Source of the DNA: Tubiluchus corallicola
Taxonomy: Eukaryota > Animalia > Priapulida
DNA: 64,000 nt
Assembly: GCA_030141605.1 (NCBI GenBank)
Contig: JAQGDQ010000760.1
Coordinates: 1 to 64,000 of the forward strand
Direction: 5' to 3'
The position numbers were made by a program, and so were the translations under genes. Shown here one piece after another: positions 1 to 12,500 of this stretch (the stretch's first letter is position 1; every line of letters starts with the position of its first letter). The notes below the pieces were generated by a model. The model saw only the letters and a list, made by a program, of their open reading frames with translations. It was not told where the DNA came from and did no database searches.

Positions 1-92
1 AACTAAGAATGACAATCTAAAGAATTTTTTATAAAGTATGGCACAATTCAAGCCTATATCATACAATCAATGGCAGAGCCAACTTAATGCAG

Positions 93-194
93 ATGACTGG
101 AACTCATCATTTTCAAGGATAATCCTGTATTTGAGACATGACTGTGGCATGACTGGAACTCATCATTTTCAAGGATAATCCTGTATTGGAGACA
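93..194. repeat. Direct repeat, two 46-bp copies (period 56)
   Basis: ATGACTGGAACTCATCATTTTCAAGGATAATCCTGTATT[T/G]GAGACA at 93-138 and 149-194, one mismatch. Confidence 0.9.
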
Positions 195-525
195 ATTAGC
201 TGGTGTTCTTGACCAATTTCATGTATGTATACATCAACAAAAATATAGCAGGGGAAGTATCAAATTGTTCAGATATTGTTCAACTTTTTGCAGCTAAGCT
301 TGTGCCTTAACCACTCAGCTCTTAATCTTGCTCCAAAATGGTTTAAAAAAACAATATTCTAATTTAATTTATAGGAAATTGCAGGAAATTAATTTTAGAG
401 ACTTGAATAAAATAATATTCATTTGCTACGTAAACTGTAACAAATGATAGATTCTGTAATAAATGTCAAACTGTAAACAATTATTTTCAACACCTGAAAC
501 CAATTTAGCAAAGTTAATTAGTTAC

Positions 526-3500
526 CGGCACTTGTCCAGGAATCGTCTGCCCAGTCTCCATCAACAAACCCCCATGAATCACTAGCTGCCGAATCCTTTA
601 TGGAAAAGTCTGACGGAGTCGGTTTGGCTGGAGAAGGTCCACTTCTAACTGTACTTCTTGCCTGATGAGCACCCTGAACCAAATGTTTTCTTTAAAAGTC
701 GTAAATCCGCACTTAACCTAACTTTTAACAGCTTGGCAATTAATAAATTAGAGCAATTAATAGAATTAGTAGAACAATAAGGAAAAGACATTTCAATTCA
801 CTAGTGTAGACTGAGGTGTTCATTTTATTTGATGACATTTCTTTTGGCTGTTTATGTAGTTCCTAGAATAAGCCACTGAGCAAAAATTTTTGTAATTGTT
901 AATGACAAAAACAGTGACAATTAATGGGAAAAACCCATAATTAGCACCACAGTAGTTCAGCTGAAAGAGGAAAAAAGATCACGTAAGATTACTAATATTA
1001 TTTTTCTGTGTTTTGTGCACATATATTGTTAACACATAAAGATATCACACTTAAAAAGGATATATTCATGCAGTCAAAGCACAGCAAATGAAAACACTGG
1101 GGAAAAACACAAAACTTTCTTTGTACGTCCTTGTACTTAAGTGAACTACAATGTTGTTTGCACAAAAACAGCCAAATTGCTGGTGTTAAGAACTACATAT
1201 AGACAGTCAAAAGACAGATCATCAAATAAAAAAATTGGCAATATCTGGACTGTGTCCATCTGGTGTGCACAGTGTAACTTCTCTGACAAAAGTTAATAGA
1301 AACTATATACAGGATTAGAAACACTAGATATGGAGAACTTCGGAATTTTAAAAATTAATTGGCTATTAACGAACTTCCACTCATAAAACCAATCATCTCT
1401 TCTCGCGAACCGAAAACAGAAAAAAAACAATAGGCATATCTCTTTAGAGTATGAACGCTAGCTATGAATAACTTCAGAATTAATTACTAATTAGCTAAGA
1501 CGGATGGTGATAATTTTGGATTTTAATGCGTAAGATTACGGCTCGTATGCTCAACAGGTTACTGAACACTTTATAATCATGATCACAGTTTTTCTTAGTT
1601 CTCGCTCCATTTCATCTTTCATTCACTACTCCCCCCACTTTTATGTATATATTATCATTATTCATTATTTCAATTATTAATCATTTTTTTTAAGATTTCC
1701 ACGTACAGTTTGGCCTGTCAAGCTATGCTTTTAGGCTCAAACTGTATGCATCAAAATTATTCTGTAATGTAATTTGCACATGTATATGCTGCATTTTGTA
1801 ATTTCTCGATAATACTGCATTTATTTATATTTATATTTACTTAAATGGATAATTATCTGTATTTTAATGATAATTGTAAGATGCAATGTGGAAATGAATA
1901 AACTCTTGAAGATTCTGTGGCATGTCCCAAAGAGTCATAGCATTTACCAGAGTTTGAGAGCAAGACTAATATGGGGACACTGAACAAGTGACTGATGGAC
2001 CCGGAAAGCATCAATTAGTACATTGAGCATACCTCTGCTACTAATAAATACCTGCTTTTTGTTGGTCTGAGAAATTGAAAGTTGATTTGAGAAAAAATCA
2101 TCACTAGTGCTCTCGCCATCCCATCCCCAATCATAGGAGCTAGCTGGCTTTGTTGTTTTGTCGGTCGTGGTGACAAAGTCTTCATTACCCCAGTCATTCC
2201 AGGTGTCATGTGACAATCGTGACGATCGATCTGATGTACCTGTGTGATCCTGAAATGTTTACAGCAGCGAAAGTCAACAGCTTTATAGGGCCGATAATTG
2301 TATGCTATTTTATTACCACATTTTTCTAAGAGACTTTGATCACTATGATGATATTTTCAAAAAAAAATATTACAGTATTACTGTCTGCTCGTTGGATGCA
2401 GTAGAATGTTCATTCTTGCTTACTAGGTCAGAGTATGACTGCATACATAATGTATGACTAAAATCTATTAAAGTTGGAAAGTTAGCATTATCTTCTAGCT
2501 CATTGTATAGAAACAAATTAATTACAGGACTAGTGTTGTAAAGAGCACACAATATAATTTTTTTCATAACTTTATTTGTCTCTCATAATATTTTTTATTT
2601 CAAGTTATATACTTATACAATTAAATAAAATAGTAAACATACTTTATAGTGTAATTTTACCCGCTGTTTACATGTAATTTATACTACAACTAGGTTACAT
2701 GAACACATTCAGAGCTTTCTTGTTTGTTGGCCAAACTCCTTCTTGCTGCTGCTTGTCAAAGAAACAGACAAATTTGTTGCAGCTGGTACTTCACCAGCCA
2801 GGCCTAAAATTACGTAATTAACTGACATAAATGTTGGATTAAGTCATATAGTCATGGGTTAAGTTGCTTATATGAGTATATTAGTATGCTTGGGCTTATA
2901 TGAGTGATATAGAGAAGGTACCCGTTCTGACTGCATGTCTTCCAGACTTCCCCAGCCACCACAATTGTCGTCATTGTCATCATCACCATCTCCACTACCC
3001 CAGGCACCAGCCTGATCCCATCCTGAGTCCTATGATACAAATCACACAGTTAGTAGGGTCTCCATTAATGTAATGCAGTAAATCCATTTTAAATCATGCG
3101 TGAGAAATGCTGACTGAACTATTTTGTGCTGAACTGCAATGTTTTGTGATCAGTAAATATGCAAAATTAGTGAGAATTCAGTGCCAATGATGTTTTGTTT
3201 GACTTGTGCATTGTGAAAAAAATTACGTGCTAAGTCTAATAAAGGCTTTCAACATGCTGACTGCCAAGTACCAGTATATGCGAACATGGACTCTTAATCC
3301 ATCTATTAATCTACAGAGGTCCATGCCTTGTATAGGTGTACACTGCTATTACAAGTATACATGAAGTTGATTAAATGACACTGTATCACTCACAGGTGTA
3401 CACTGCTATTACAAGTATACATGAAGTTGATTAAATGACACTGTATCACTCACAGAAAAGCTTGGCAGTCCACTAATGCACGTAAAAGTTTCTCTGGTAG

Positions 3501-6500
3501 TTGGTTGAGTGCTCGTATGTGATACACTGGCGTGATATCATACAATTTTAAAAGCAGGCATTTTTGACATCATACGCCAACTACGTATTATGTTGTACTT
3601 GACAATTGAGGAAAAATACTATAGTAATGACATGGTAGTCAACATGTTATGTTTATGAAATGTTTCTGGTGAAATATTAAGCTTGGCAAACTTGTTTATT
3701 TTAATGGTTTAACAATGGTAAAATGAATATGAACAATCAACAAATATGAATTAAAAATTCTATAGTAATTCACTTAGAATTGAATTTATAGGCTCATTGC
3801 TAAAATATCATGTAAACTGTGCCATTATGCACAGATCTCTGTTATAAGGAATGATTTTTTGTGTGAATATAAGGACTACTAGAAAACATAAGGTACAACA
3901 TACCTGTATATTACCCCATTCTTCTGTATAACTGGGATTACCCATAGAGGTCTCTTCAGATGATTGTTCTCTAATTAGCTTTTGTTCATTAGGCTGCCCA
4001 TGATCTAAAAATACATAAAAAAATTAATGTACAAAAATAATGTTATTAATAGTAATATACATGTGCCATACAATATGTCAATAACTGATTTGTTATTTTC
4101 AGTTTTTCTCCAGAGCCTCTTATTTGTGGAACTTTTATCAAAAACATCTGGTCCTTGTTAAATAACACTAGCAGATTTGAAGTATTGCCACTTTTAAGAA
4201 AAGTAATAGAAAGAAAACACACTATTTTCACTAATTTTCTTTAGAAAAAAATATATAAGTGCAGTAGTTATAAAAAACTGACATTGCAAATGAAACAAGT
4301 GTTAGTTAGAACTTTTAATTCTTTGTTTATAGAATCAATACATGATTTTTTAAATTGGCACACTGCAAGCCAGTATACAGTACTCAATCGCATGCAGACT
4401 TATTATATTGATGCTTGTGACAGGACTGCAATATAGCAAATCAGCAAGAATATCTCTCTAAAAGTTGCAAAGCTTTCTTAGACAAGCATGGCTGTATATG
4501 CATCCTGTCTCTACCAGACAAAAAATTGTAGAAAGTATGGCAATCAAAACCACCTTGAAACAGGATTTCTATTGGTCACCCATCTATTTGCCAACCTCGC
4601 CTAGCCCTGCTAGTCTGCTATTTCTTTAGCACCAATCAAGCTTACACATTCCAAACTTACTTACCTTTTTGATTTTTGCAAGTTTCTTGAACGGACATTT
4701 CACTGATCACAGCAGAAGCGGAAGCTGCATTCGACCCTGCAGTAGCATCTTCTTTGCCTCGGTATAACTTTGACGTGAGGGAGGTGACAGCCCATCCTGC
4801 CCAACTGGCCGCCGCAGCTGCTGTTGACGGTGATGCTCCTGAGTTTACGTCTGCCTCTAAAATATAAAAATGTCATTTGCTACAGTTCTAAGTACTTTTT
4901 GTTGATTATAAATGCATATCCAGCATAATAAAAATGGGTTTCCATAACAAGTGTTACTTTTCACTGAATGCCCAATTATACTCTAAAATAATTTTGTTAA
5001 AAAGGATTGTCAATAATTACTGAAAAAGAACAAATCTATATTTTAAGCCAGGCAGTTAAATCAGCTGAATCTACATAATATTAATTGCTTAAGGAGCAAG
5101 AAGAACAAAATCTACACAAATATATAAATTACTGTAAGATTAATATCAAGTATAATTACTGAAGAAGTAAAAGAGTGGCATACCCATTTCGGTCACTAAG
5201 TCAGGGTTTTCGTGAACTTTTTCAAGTTTTTCTATAAAGACCTTCACAGCCTTGAAAGCCTAAATCCAGAGAATGAAAATAATAGTAATGCATATTACAA
5301 AATACAATAAAATGTTCTAATATTTTTATGTGTCACATTTTTATCAAAGAAAAAAATCTTTAACTTCGAGCATTATAACTTTGAACATACCACTTATTGA
5401 TCATCATAGTAAATATTTTGCTAAATACATTCTGTTTATTAATGTAAATTTTTGAATGTTTTATACTTTCATCTTCGGCACTTCATAGAACAAAACTTCT
5501 ATGAACCTGAAAATCAGAGTGTGAAACAACAGTAAAGTCCAGTTAATAACAAAATGTACTTTTAGTAAAATACTTACTATGTTTTTGTTTCAGTCTCTCT
5601 CATCTTCTGCTACATAAGACTGTCAACTAACATGTCTACTGGCCGTGAATTAAGAAAATAATACCACTCGATGTATAGAACTAAGTGTGCATTTAGTTTA
5701 GAAAGTTATGAAATGTATGTATATTAATGTTTAGCTATAGTTTTCTAAAAAAACACAAGAGACAGAGATCCTTATTTACAATTGGCCTGGAATCAAACTC
5801 AGCCTTTTAGCACTTCTGACGCATTCACAACCAAACTAAAACCTAATCACTGATAAAATTTTAAAGTTTTCAGGTCAAATGGCAAGTAAAATTTTACGTT
5901 ACTGTATTTAAAAAAATGGAATACAGAAATCAATTTCCAGAACACTTATCAACTTACCTGTTCCCTAACACCCCGATCAGGATCAATACAAATGGATGAC
6001 AAAGCGGGAAGAATCCTGGTAGCTGTATCATTGATCGTATAGTAATTCTGTGTACCAACTATGCCATGTAGACCTGCTATACGTGCTGGTGGAAATGGAT
6101 CTTTGAGAGCTCTACTAAACGCTGATAATAGAACTTTTTGCCTAATCTGTTAACAACAAAAATTAAATTAAGAAACATGAACACGAATACTGAATTATAA
6201 TACGTAATAGCAAATAAAATAGTTTGAAAAAATTAGGTAAGAAACAAAACGTCTCAATGGCAAGATCCCTATCAAAGTTTCAATATGAAAACCAAAATGT
6301 TTCAATACTAAATGCTTTAGTTTTCAAATAAAACAGAAAATTGAAATTATATATTTATTTGTTGTTTGACATGCTTTCTAAATAATACAAATCTCTGTTG
6401 CCCAACCAAACAGTAAACATAACAATATAAAATACGTGGTGATTCTTATTATGCTTTGTCCTAGTAATAACAGTGAATTTTTCTAACTTGTATGACACGT

Positions 6501-9500
6501 GTCACTCAATCACAAGCTCTTTAAATACCAAGCATAGAAAATTTACATATTAGTAATCTACATCACGTTAGAATGTGCGAATGTTATGATGTAAATATAA
6601 ATTATTAAAACGAGCTATAAGCAACATAATTTACAAGTTTGCAATAGACTAGTAATACACTCCTTTAATCTGAGTTAATGTCACACTGTACCTGAGGATG
6701 CAAATGTCCGGCTATTTTCCCCAGACATACAGTAGTATTTGCTCGTATACCTCCCTGATTGTCCTTAGACTGCAACCTTGCAAAATGCTTCATGAGCTCA
6801 ACATTTAAATTATTGTAGTTCAGTTTAGGAGCCACGAATACCATAGACTGAAAACACAAATCAAAACTCAGAATAAGCAACAACGAAAGATGTTTTTATC
6901 AAATTTGTGCCACATGCCCTGGATGTAAGTTGCTTAACAATTTCACAGTAAAGTCAAGACTCAAAAGTGCACTAAATTTGAAAACTTGCGTTGCGTAAAA
7001 CAAAAAAGTCACCTTTTAAATGTAATTCACTGATATTGACTAGTTTACCTTTACAGTCGTCTCACGAAGAACGGGGTTCGTATCTGAGAAACCAGTGCAA
7101 ATATTCATAAAAACTTTATCGTTCACTATTGATGGTTGCAAATGCTCGGCAAAGTGCTCCATCTAAGAAAAGAAGTTTTGTGAATTCGTTTAGCATGTAT
7201 GTATATTGTGTTAGGAACTTATATTACTGGTAAGCAAACTAAATTTGTAAGATGGTAAACGGATATCATGGTAACATTGTAACGTAGACTAGCTACAGAG
7301 TTGTTTACTACAAATTTTGCATATGATGTTAAACTTTTATGTAGAAGTCAATAATATAAATCATAATCACCTGTTGCAATAGTCTGACTCTTATTGCTCT
7401 GTCAGTTGAAGAAAACAATTTAACTACGCATGGCACTATTCTTTTCTGATATTCTTCTGCATCTAGAAGTCTTCCCAACTATAAAAGAGTTTTTTCATTC
7501 AGAGTAGATTCAGCAAAATAAGATTTACTCACTCAATGAGAGATAAAAACAAAAAAGTGACAGATGTTAAATACTAAATCAGAATGTTAATTTTTAGAAT
7601 GCAAATAAAAAGATACATATAACTTTATTACAGTTACAATCATATAAATGCACGAAAACAATAGAAAAAATAGAAAGAATTGAAAAATTTGGACCACCAC
7701 TGAGCCTCGAATCCAGTACTTTCTGCTTTCAGGAGATCTACATTAACCATTCAGCACAGAGGTACCTGACATTTTAGAGCTCAGAAATTTACCATGTAAG
7801 CTGATTTTCTATACTCAAAAATTTGCCCTATAAACTTACTTTCTAGACTCAGAAATTTACTCTATAAACTGACTTTCTGGACTCAGTTCAGATTCAGAAA
7901 TTTGCCTAATAAGCTGATTTTCTAGACTCAGAAATTTACCCCATAAGCCGACTTTTTACACTCAGCAATTTGCCTTATAAACTGACTTTCTAGGCTCACA
8001 AATTTAACATATAAGCTGACTTCCTAGACTCAGAAATTTACCCTGTAAGTTGACTTTCTGGACTCAGAAATTTACCCCATAAGCCAACTTTTTAGACTTA
8101 GAAATTTGCCTTATAAATTGACTTTCTAGGCTCAGAAAATTACCCTATAAGCTGACTTTCTAGATTCGGAAATTTGCCCTATAAGCTGACTTTCTAGACT
8201 CAGAAACTTATCCTGTAAGCTGATTTTCTAGGCTGAGAAATTTGATCTATAAGCTGACTTTCTGGGCTCAGAAATTTGAACTATAAGCTGACTTTCTAGG
8301 CTCAGAAATTTACCCTGTAAGCTGACTTTCTAGACTCAGAAATTTACTTTATAAGATGACTTTCTAGATTCAAAAATTTACCCTATAAGCTGACTTTCTA
8401 GATTGGAAATTTACTGTATAAGCTGACTTTTTAGACTCAGAAATTTACCCCATAAGGCAACTTTCCAGACTCAGAAATTTACCTTGTAAACTGACTTTCT
8501 AGGCCTAGAAAAATGACCTATAAGCTGACTTTCTAAGCTCAGAATTTATCCTAAAGCTGACTTTCTAGACTCAGAAATTCACCCTGTAAGCTGACTTTAC
8601 AGATTCAGAAATTTACTTTATAACCTGACTTTCTAGAGTCAGAAATTTGTCTTATACACCACTAAAGATCTATAAACTAGGAATCATAGATCACACCAAT
8701 CAATCTTACCTTTCTTTAAAGTTTTATATATACATTTAGTTTTGAGCACTAAACCACTCAAATAATAATAGAACAATGATGCAGATGTTAACAGCATTGT
8801 CTACTAAGATAAAAAAAATGCTAAGGTACAGTAACACAAAAGTGGTACATATAAAGGCCATTTTCCCTCCTTGACACAGCATGTTTTATCAACAGCTGAA
8901 AGACTCAGCCAAACACAGTCAATGACATCAAATCCAAGTAACCAACCAATTAGAAAATTAGGAAATTAGCAGAAAATTAGTTATTGTAGCATGTCACAAA
9001 AAATAATGAATTCACAGGTTTTTAGCTGTTGTCTTCAACTTCTTGTTTATTTAATATAATGGTAACTTTCATTTAATCATTTGTCCTAAATCATTCATCA
9101 CACATTCAAGTTAGAAAATTATTAATTATTTAATTGCTTTATTAAATTAGGTACCACCAAATTTCCTAGTCAGGAATAAAGTTCTGACAAAAGAAAATTT
9201 GGGCTCTTGATGCACAAGATCTTATTGTAAAATTCAGAGCAAAGCTGTTATATTTTCTAACCTGTTGCAAAACTTCCAATAATTTTTAATTAATGATAAA
9301 ATTACTAGTACCTTGAATAAAGGTGCAAGAACTGCTGAACCAGCATTACCAAATTCATATGCATTAAGCAGCTCAGGTAAGATTCTGTAACGGCATGTAT
9401 CTGAGGGAAAGTGGTCCAACTTTTCTTGCAGTTCGGTAAAAAATTTGGTCTTTGCTGCAGCTTCTTTTATCTAAGATTGAAAATAAATAAAACTACAGAA

Positions 9501-12500
9501 TTGACTTGTTTAAAATGGACTTGTTACACAAAACAGGTGCAAACCTGCCTTTTGAGATGTGGGCCAATGATTTCCCACAGAAACATGAAACAACGGAATT
9601 TATTTCTTCGCTGTGTCATGTTGGAAATCACCGTATTTGAAAGGGAGGCTTGTACTTGTTATTTAATTTTAATTAACTGGTAAATTAACATTATATTTAT
9701 TCCACATAAAATGCAGCTCACATACAGAGCATACAATAAAATGAATCACACAAAATAATAAGATGGAGTATAAGGAAAGGAAAAGCAAAATAACTATAGG
9801 CCTACAGGTACTGTTTCACACTTATGAGAAGCTTAACTTACTATCTTTTTAATTTCATTAAGTGAAATTAAAACTTACAACCATATTTCAGTCTCTGCTC
9901 AACGTCACTGTTATCCATAAAATATAAAACTTTTGGGACACCCAGCTTATTATTACTGTTTGCACCTTCTTTTTAAAAAGTCAATCACGTAACTGTTCAC
10001 TCTGACACTACGGCAATAAATAAGTCAAGCTACAGTAAGAAGACAGACATGCACAGTGACTGTCAATCATTTTCGCAGGGAAGCCAATTCATCACACAAA
10101 GCTATAAGAGTATTTCACCAGTATGGTTCTGTAGTGTAGAAAAAATGCATTTGCTTTTCATGCGAGTGTCTGTGGTTTACTTCTTACTGCTTTTAATTAT
10201 TTACTGTATGGGATACATTGTTAGTTTAGGTACTGACATGGGCATGCGCAGTGAACAAATCAGAATCTCTATTGCTTGTACTAGGAGGAAGAGAAGGAGG
10301 AGCAGAAACCCAGTGGCTCTAAAAACTGCCGTATGCGCAATTAATAACAAACCCCTGATTAGAATGAATATTTTACTTCCCGTGCAGTGGAAACTATAAC
10401 AAAAGACAAATACTAACGAATTACAACAGTTGCTACATGAAAAAGCTCACTTCTTCAAAAAAAAGTTTGGTCGAAAATCACCTGTGGAACCTGGAAACCT
10501 CAATAATATTACTTTTATAATTCATTACACCAATGTCAAGTATCGATGAACGAAGTTGTAAGGAGAAAACAGGAATGTTAATTAAACAGTAGCAAATAAA
10601 TACTCATACACACTGTTGTATTTTGAAATTGCATAAACTACAAAAATTGTATGATCAGTCCAGCAAAATCACATGAGCACAAGCATTGCTATACGACCCC
10701 CTCTGTTTAAAATTTTCTGATACGCTAACAGAAGATGGCATCACCCAATGTCAGGCAAAGACTTTCAAAGTGTTCTGCAACAATTTTGCTTTTCTGTGAA
10801 AGGATGACATCTGAATACAAAGTATAGTGTTTTAAATACAATAAAGAGCATTAGGCTGTGTACAGCATTTGCATTTCTTGTAAGATGAGAAACTACAGAT
10901 TTAGAATCAAAAAGTTTCTTAACACAAATATTCGGTTGATATATTTCGAACAGTTCATTACTATAGTTTATCAGTTTTTACTATAGATTTTTCTTCATTC
11001 TCATCAGTGTATCCACTATGCTAAGCTTGACTAATGTGTGTATAGTTTCAAAAATTACCATACTTTAAGCAGCAGAAATGTTACCTGAATTTCTTCAAGA
11101 AACAGCATCGTTTCAACAAACTCGTTGTCAAGGTAACTGCCTCTCATCCGACATTTTTCTATAAATTGAGCTGGATTAGGCCGAGATTTAGGATTTGCAC
11201 TGACCATCTCGCAGTAGTGTGGTACTAGCAGTTTAGGGATCTAAATAAGATGATCTTAAATTTAATTATAAAAATAAACTCATTAACTTCAAAATTCTAA
11301 CTTAAATATCTATAAACATTTTTATACCAATGCAGATATAGCATCTTTGCAAAATTAACATTACATGTAACTTGCATCAGTAAAATGAGAATGCAATATT
11401 TACCTGTAATAACATGATTAAAAATTTGAAAGCCCTTTATAAATCTCAAACAGACATTTGCTCCAAAAGTTGTTTAACATGCCTTTTACGATACGACACC
11501 ACGGGCACTTTTGATACTCACTATTTATAAAAAACCCAAATTTTTTTCACTTAACTCCCGGGTTAACAGTACAAGCCTATTCATGCATATGTTTATTTTT
11601 TTCTACATTGTTTTATTCTAATAAAGGTGTATTATATAATCTTTATTCATGGCTTTTTCATTCTATCTAGTTCTTTTCACTCTAACTTACTGGTTAAATA
11701 AATGGTGTTTAGCTGCTATTTTGTTTTACCCTTTATTCGCACATTTGTATGTAATTATTTAAGCACTGTGTCTGTATTTTTCAGCTAAAGAAACCTATTA
11801 AGACTAAAGCTTCTGAAATCAACAACCCATTTGAAACTAAGAAAGGGCATTGAATATCTTATTTAAGTTATTATAGATGACAAGTTTCAGGACAGCGCTC
11901 TCATATTTGTGGTATTTTATGGTAGCTGCAATAATTTGCAGGAACAATTTTTTAAATAACGAAATCAGTTGGGTAATTATAAATTAGTGTTTACACGTTA
12001 TTAACGAAATTACGATGTTTGGTTTAAACATAATTTATTGAAGGTGTAACACCTAGATTTGAAACAGAAAGTTTTACAATTGATATATGTTCTCCCCTAG
12101 TGGGAGAGAACGCTAAACAGATGCAGAACAATGGCGACCACAATGTACAAAAAATGTTACAATAAATATAAGCATTAATATGTAACATGAGTAAAAAACA
12201 ATACTATTTAATGCGCTTGGTGTTTGAAATAAAAGACCGCATTAAAACAAAAATTTGAGTGTTCACACAATTATCTAGTGTATGGTTCCCGTGCAGGAAC
12301 AAACGTGTAAGTTTATTTGGTGCAAGACTGTAAACATTGATGTTAAAAGCTAACAAAAGAGTGCAGAGATTTGTAAATAAGTCGTGTCTGGTCTGATGGT
12401 AAAGAGGGCAGCTAATTAAGTAATGACCGACTGTTTCATAAGTAGAACCACATTGACAATTGGGTGACACTAGCGACCCATCGTAATTTTTACATTTTCT

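Noticed and set aside
300-360. Possible terminal SCYL1 exon (EYCFFKPFWSKIKS*) or tRNA A-box
   Set aside because: Poor acceptor, and it lacks the expected coiled-coil and KLGA(R/K)K terminus. The A-box-like GCTGAGTGGTTAAGGC has no B-box. The gene most likely ends outside the window.
5775-5840. tRNA gene on the minus strand
   Set aside because: Only a degenerate B-box (GAGTTTGATTCC) is present and there is no cloverleaf; at most an old SINE fragment.
7777-8650. 34-bp repeats as a CRISPR array or a coding repeat
   Set aside because: Units are directly tandem with no unique spacers, no cas genes are present, the context is a eukaryotic intron, and the period is not a multiple of 3.
10049-10399. 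116-aa plus-strand ORF with hydrophobic and basic stretches
   Set aside because: Antisense within a SCYL1 intron, no recognisable domain and no exon partners; likely a chance ORF.
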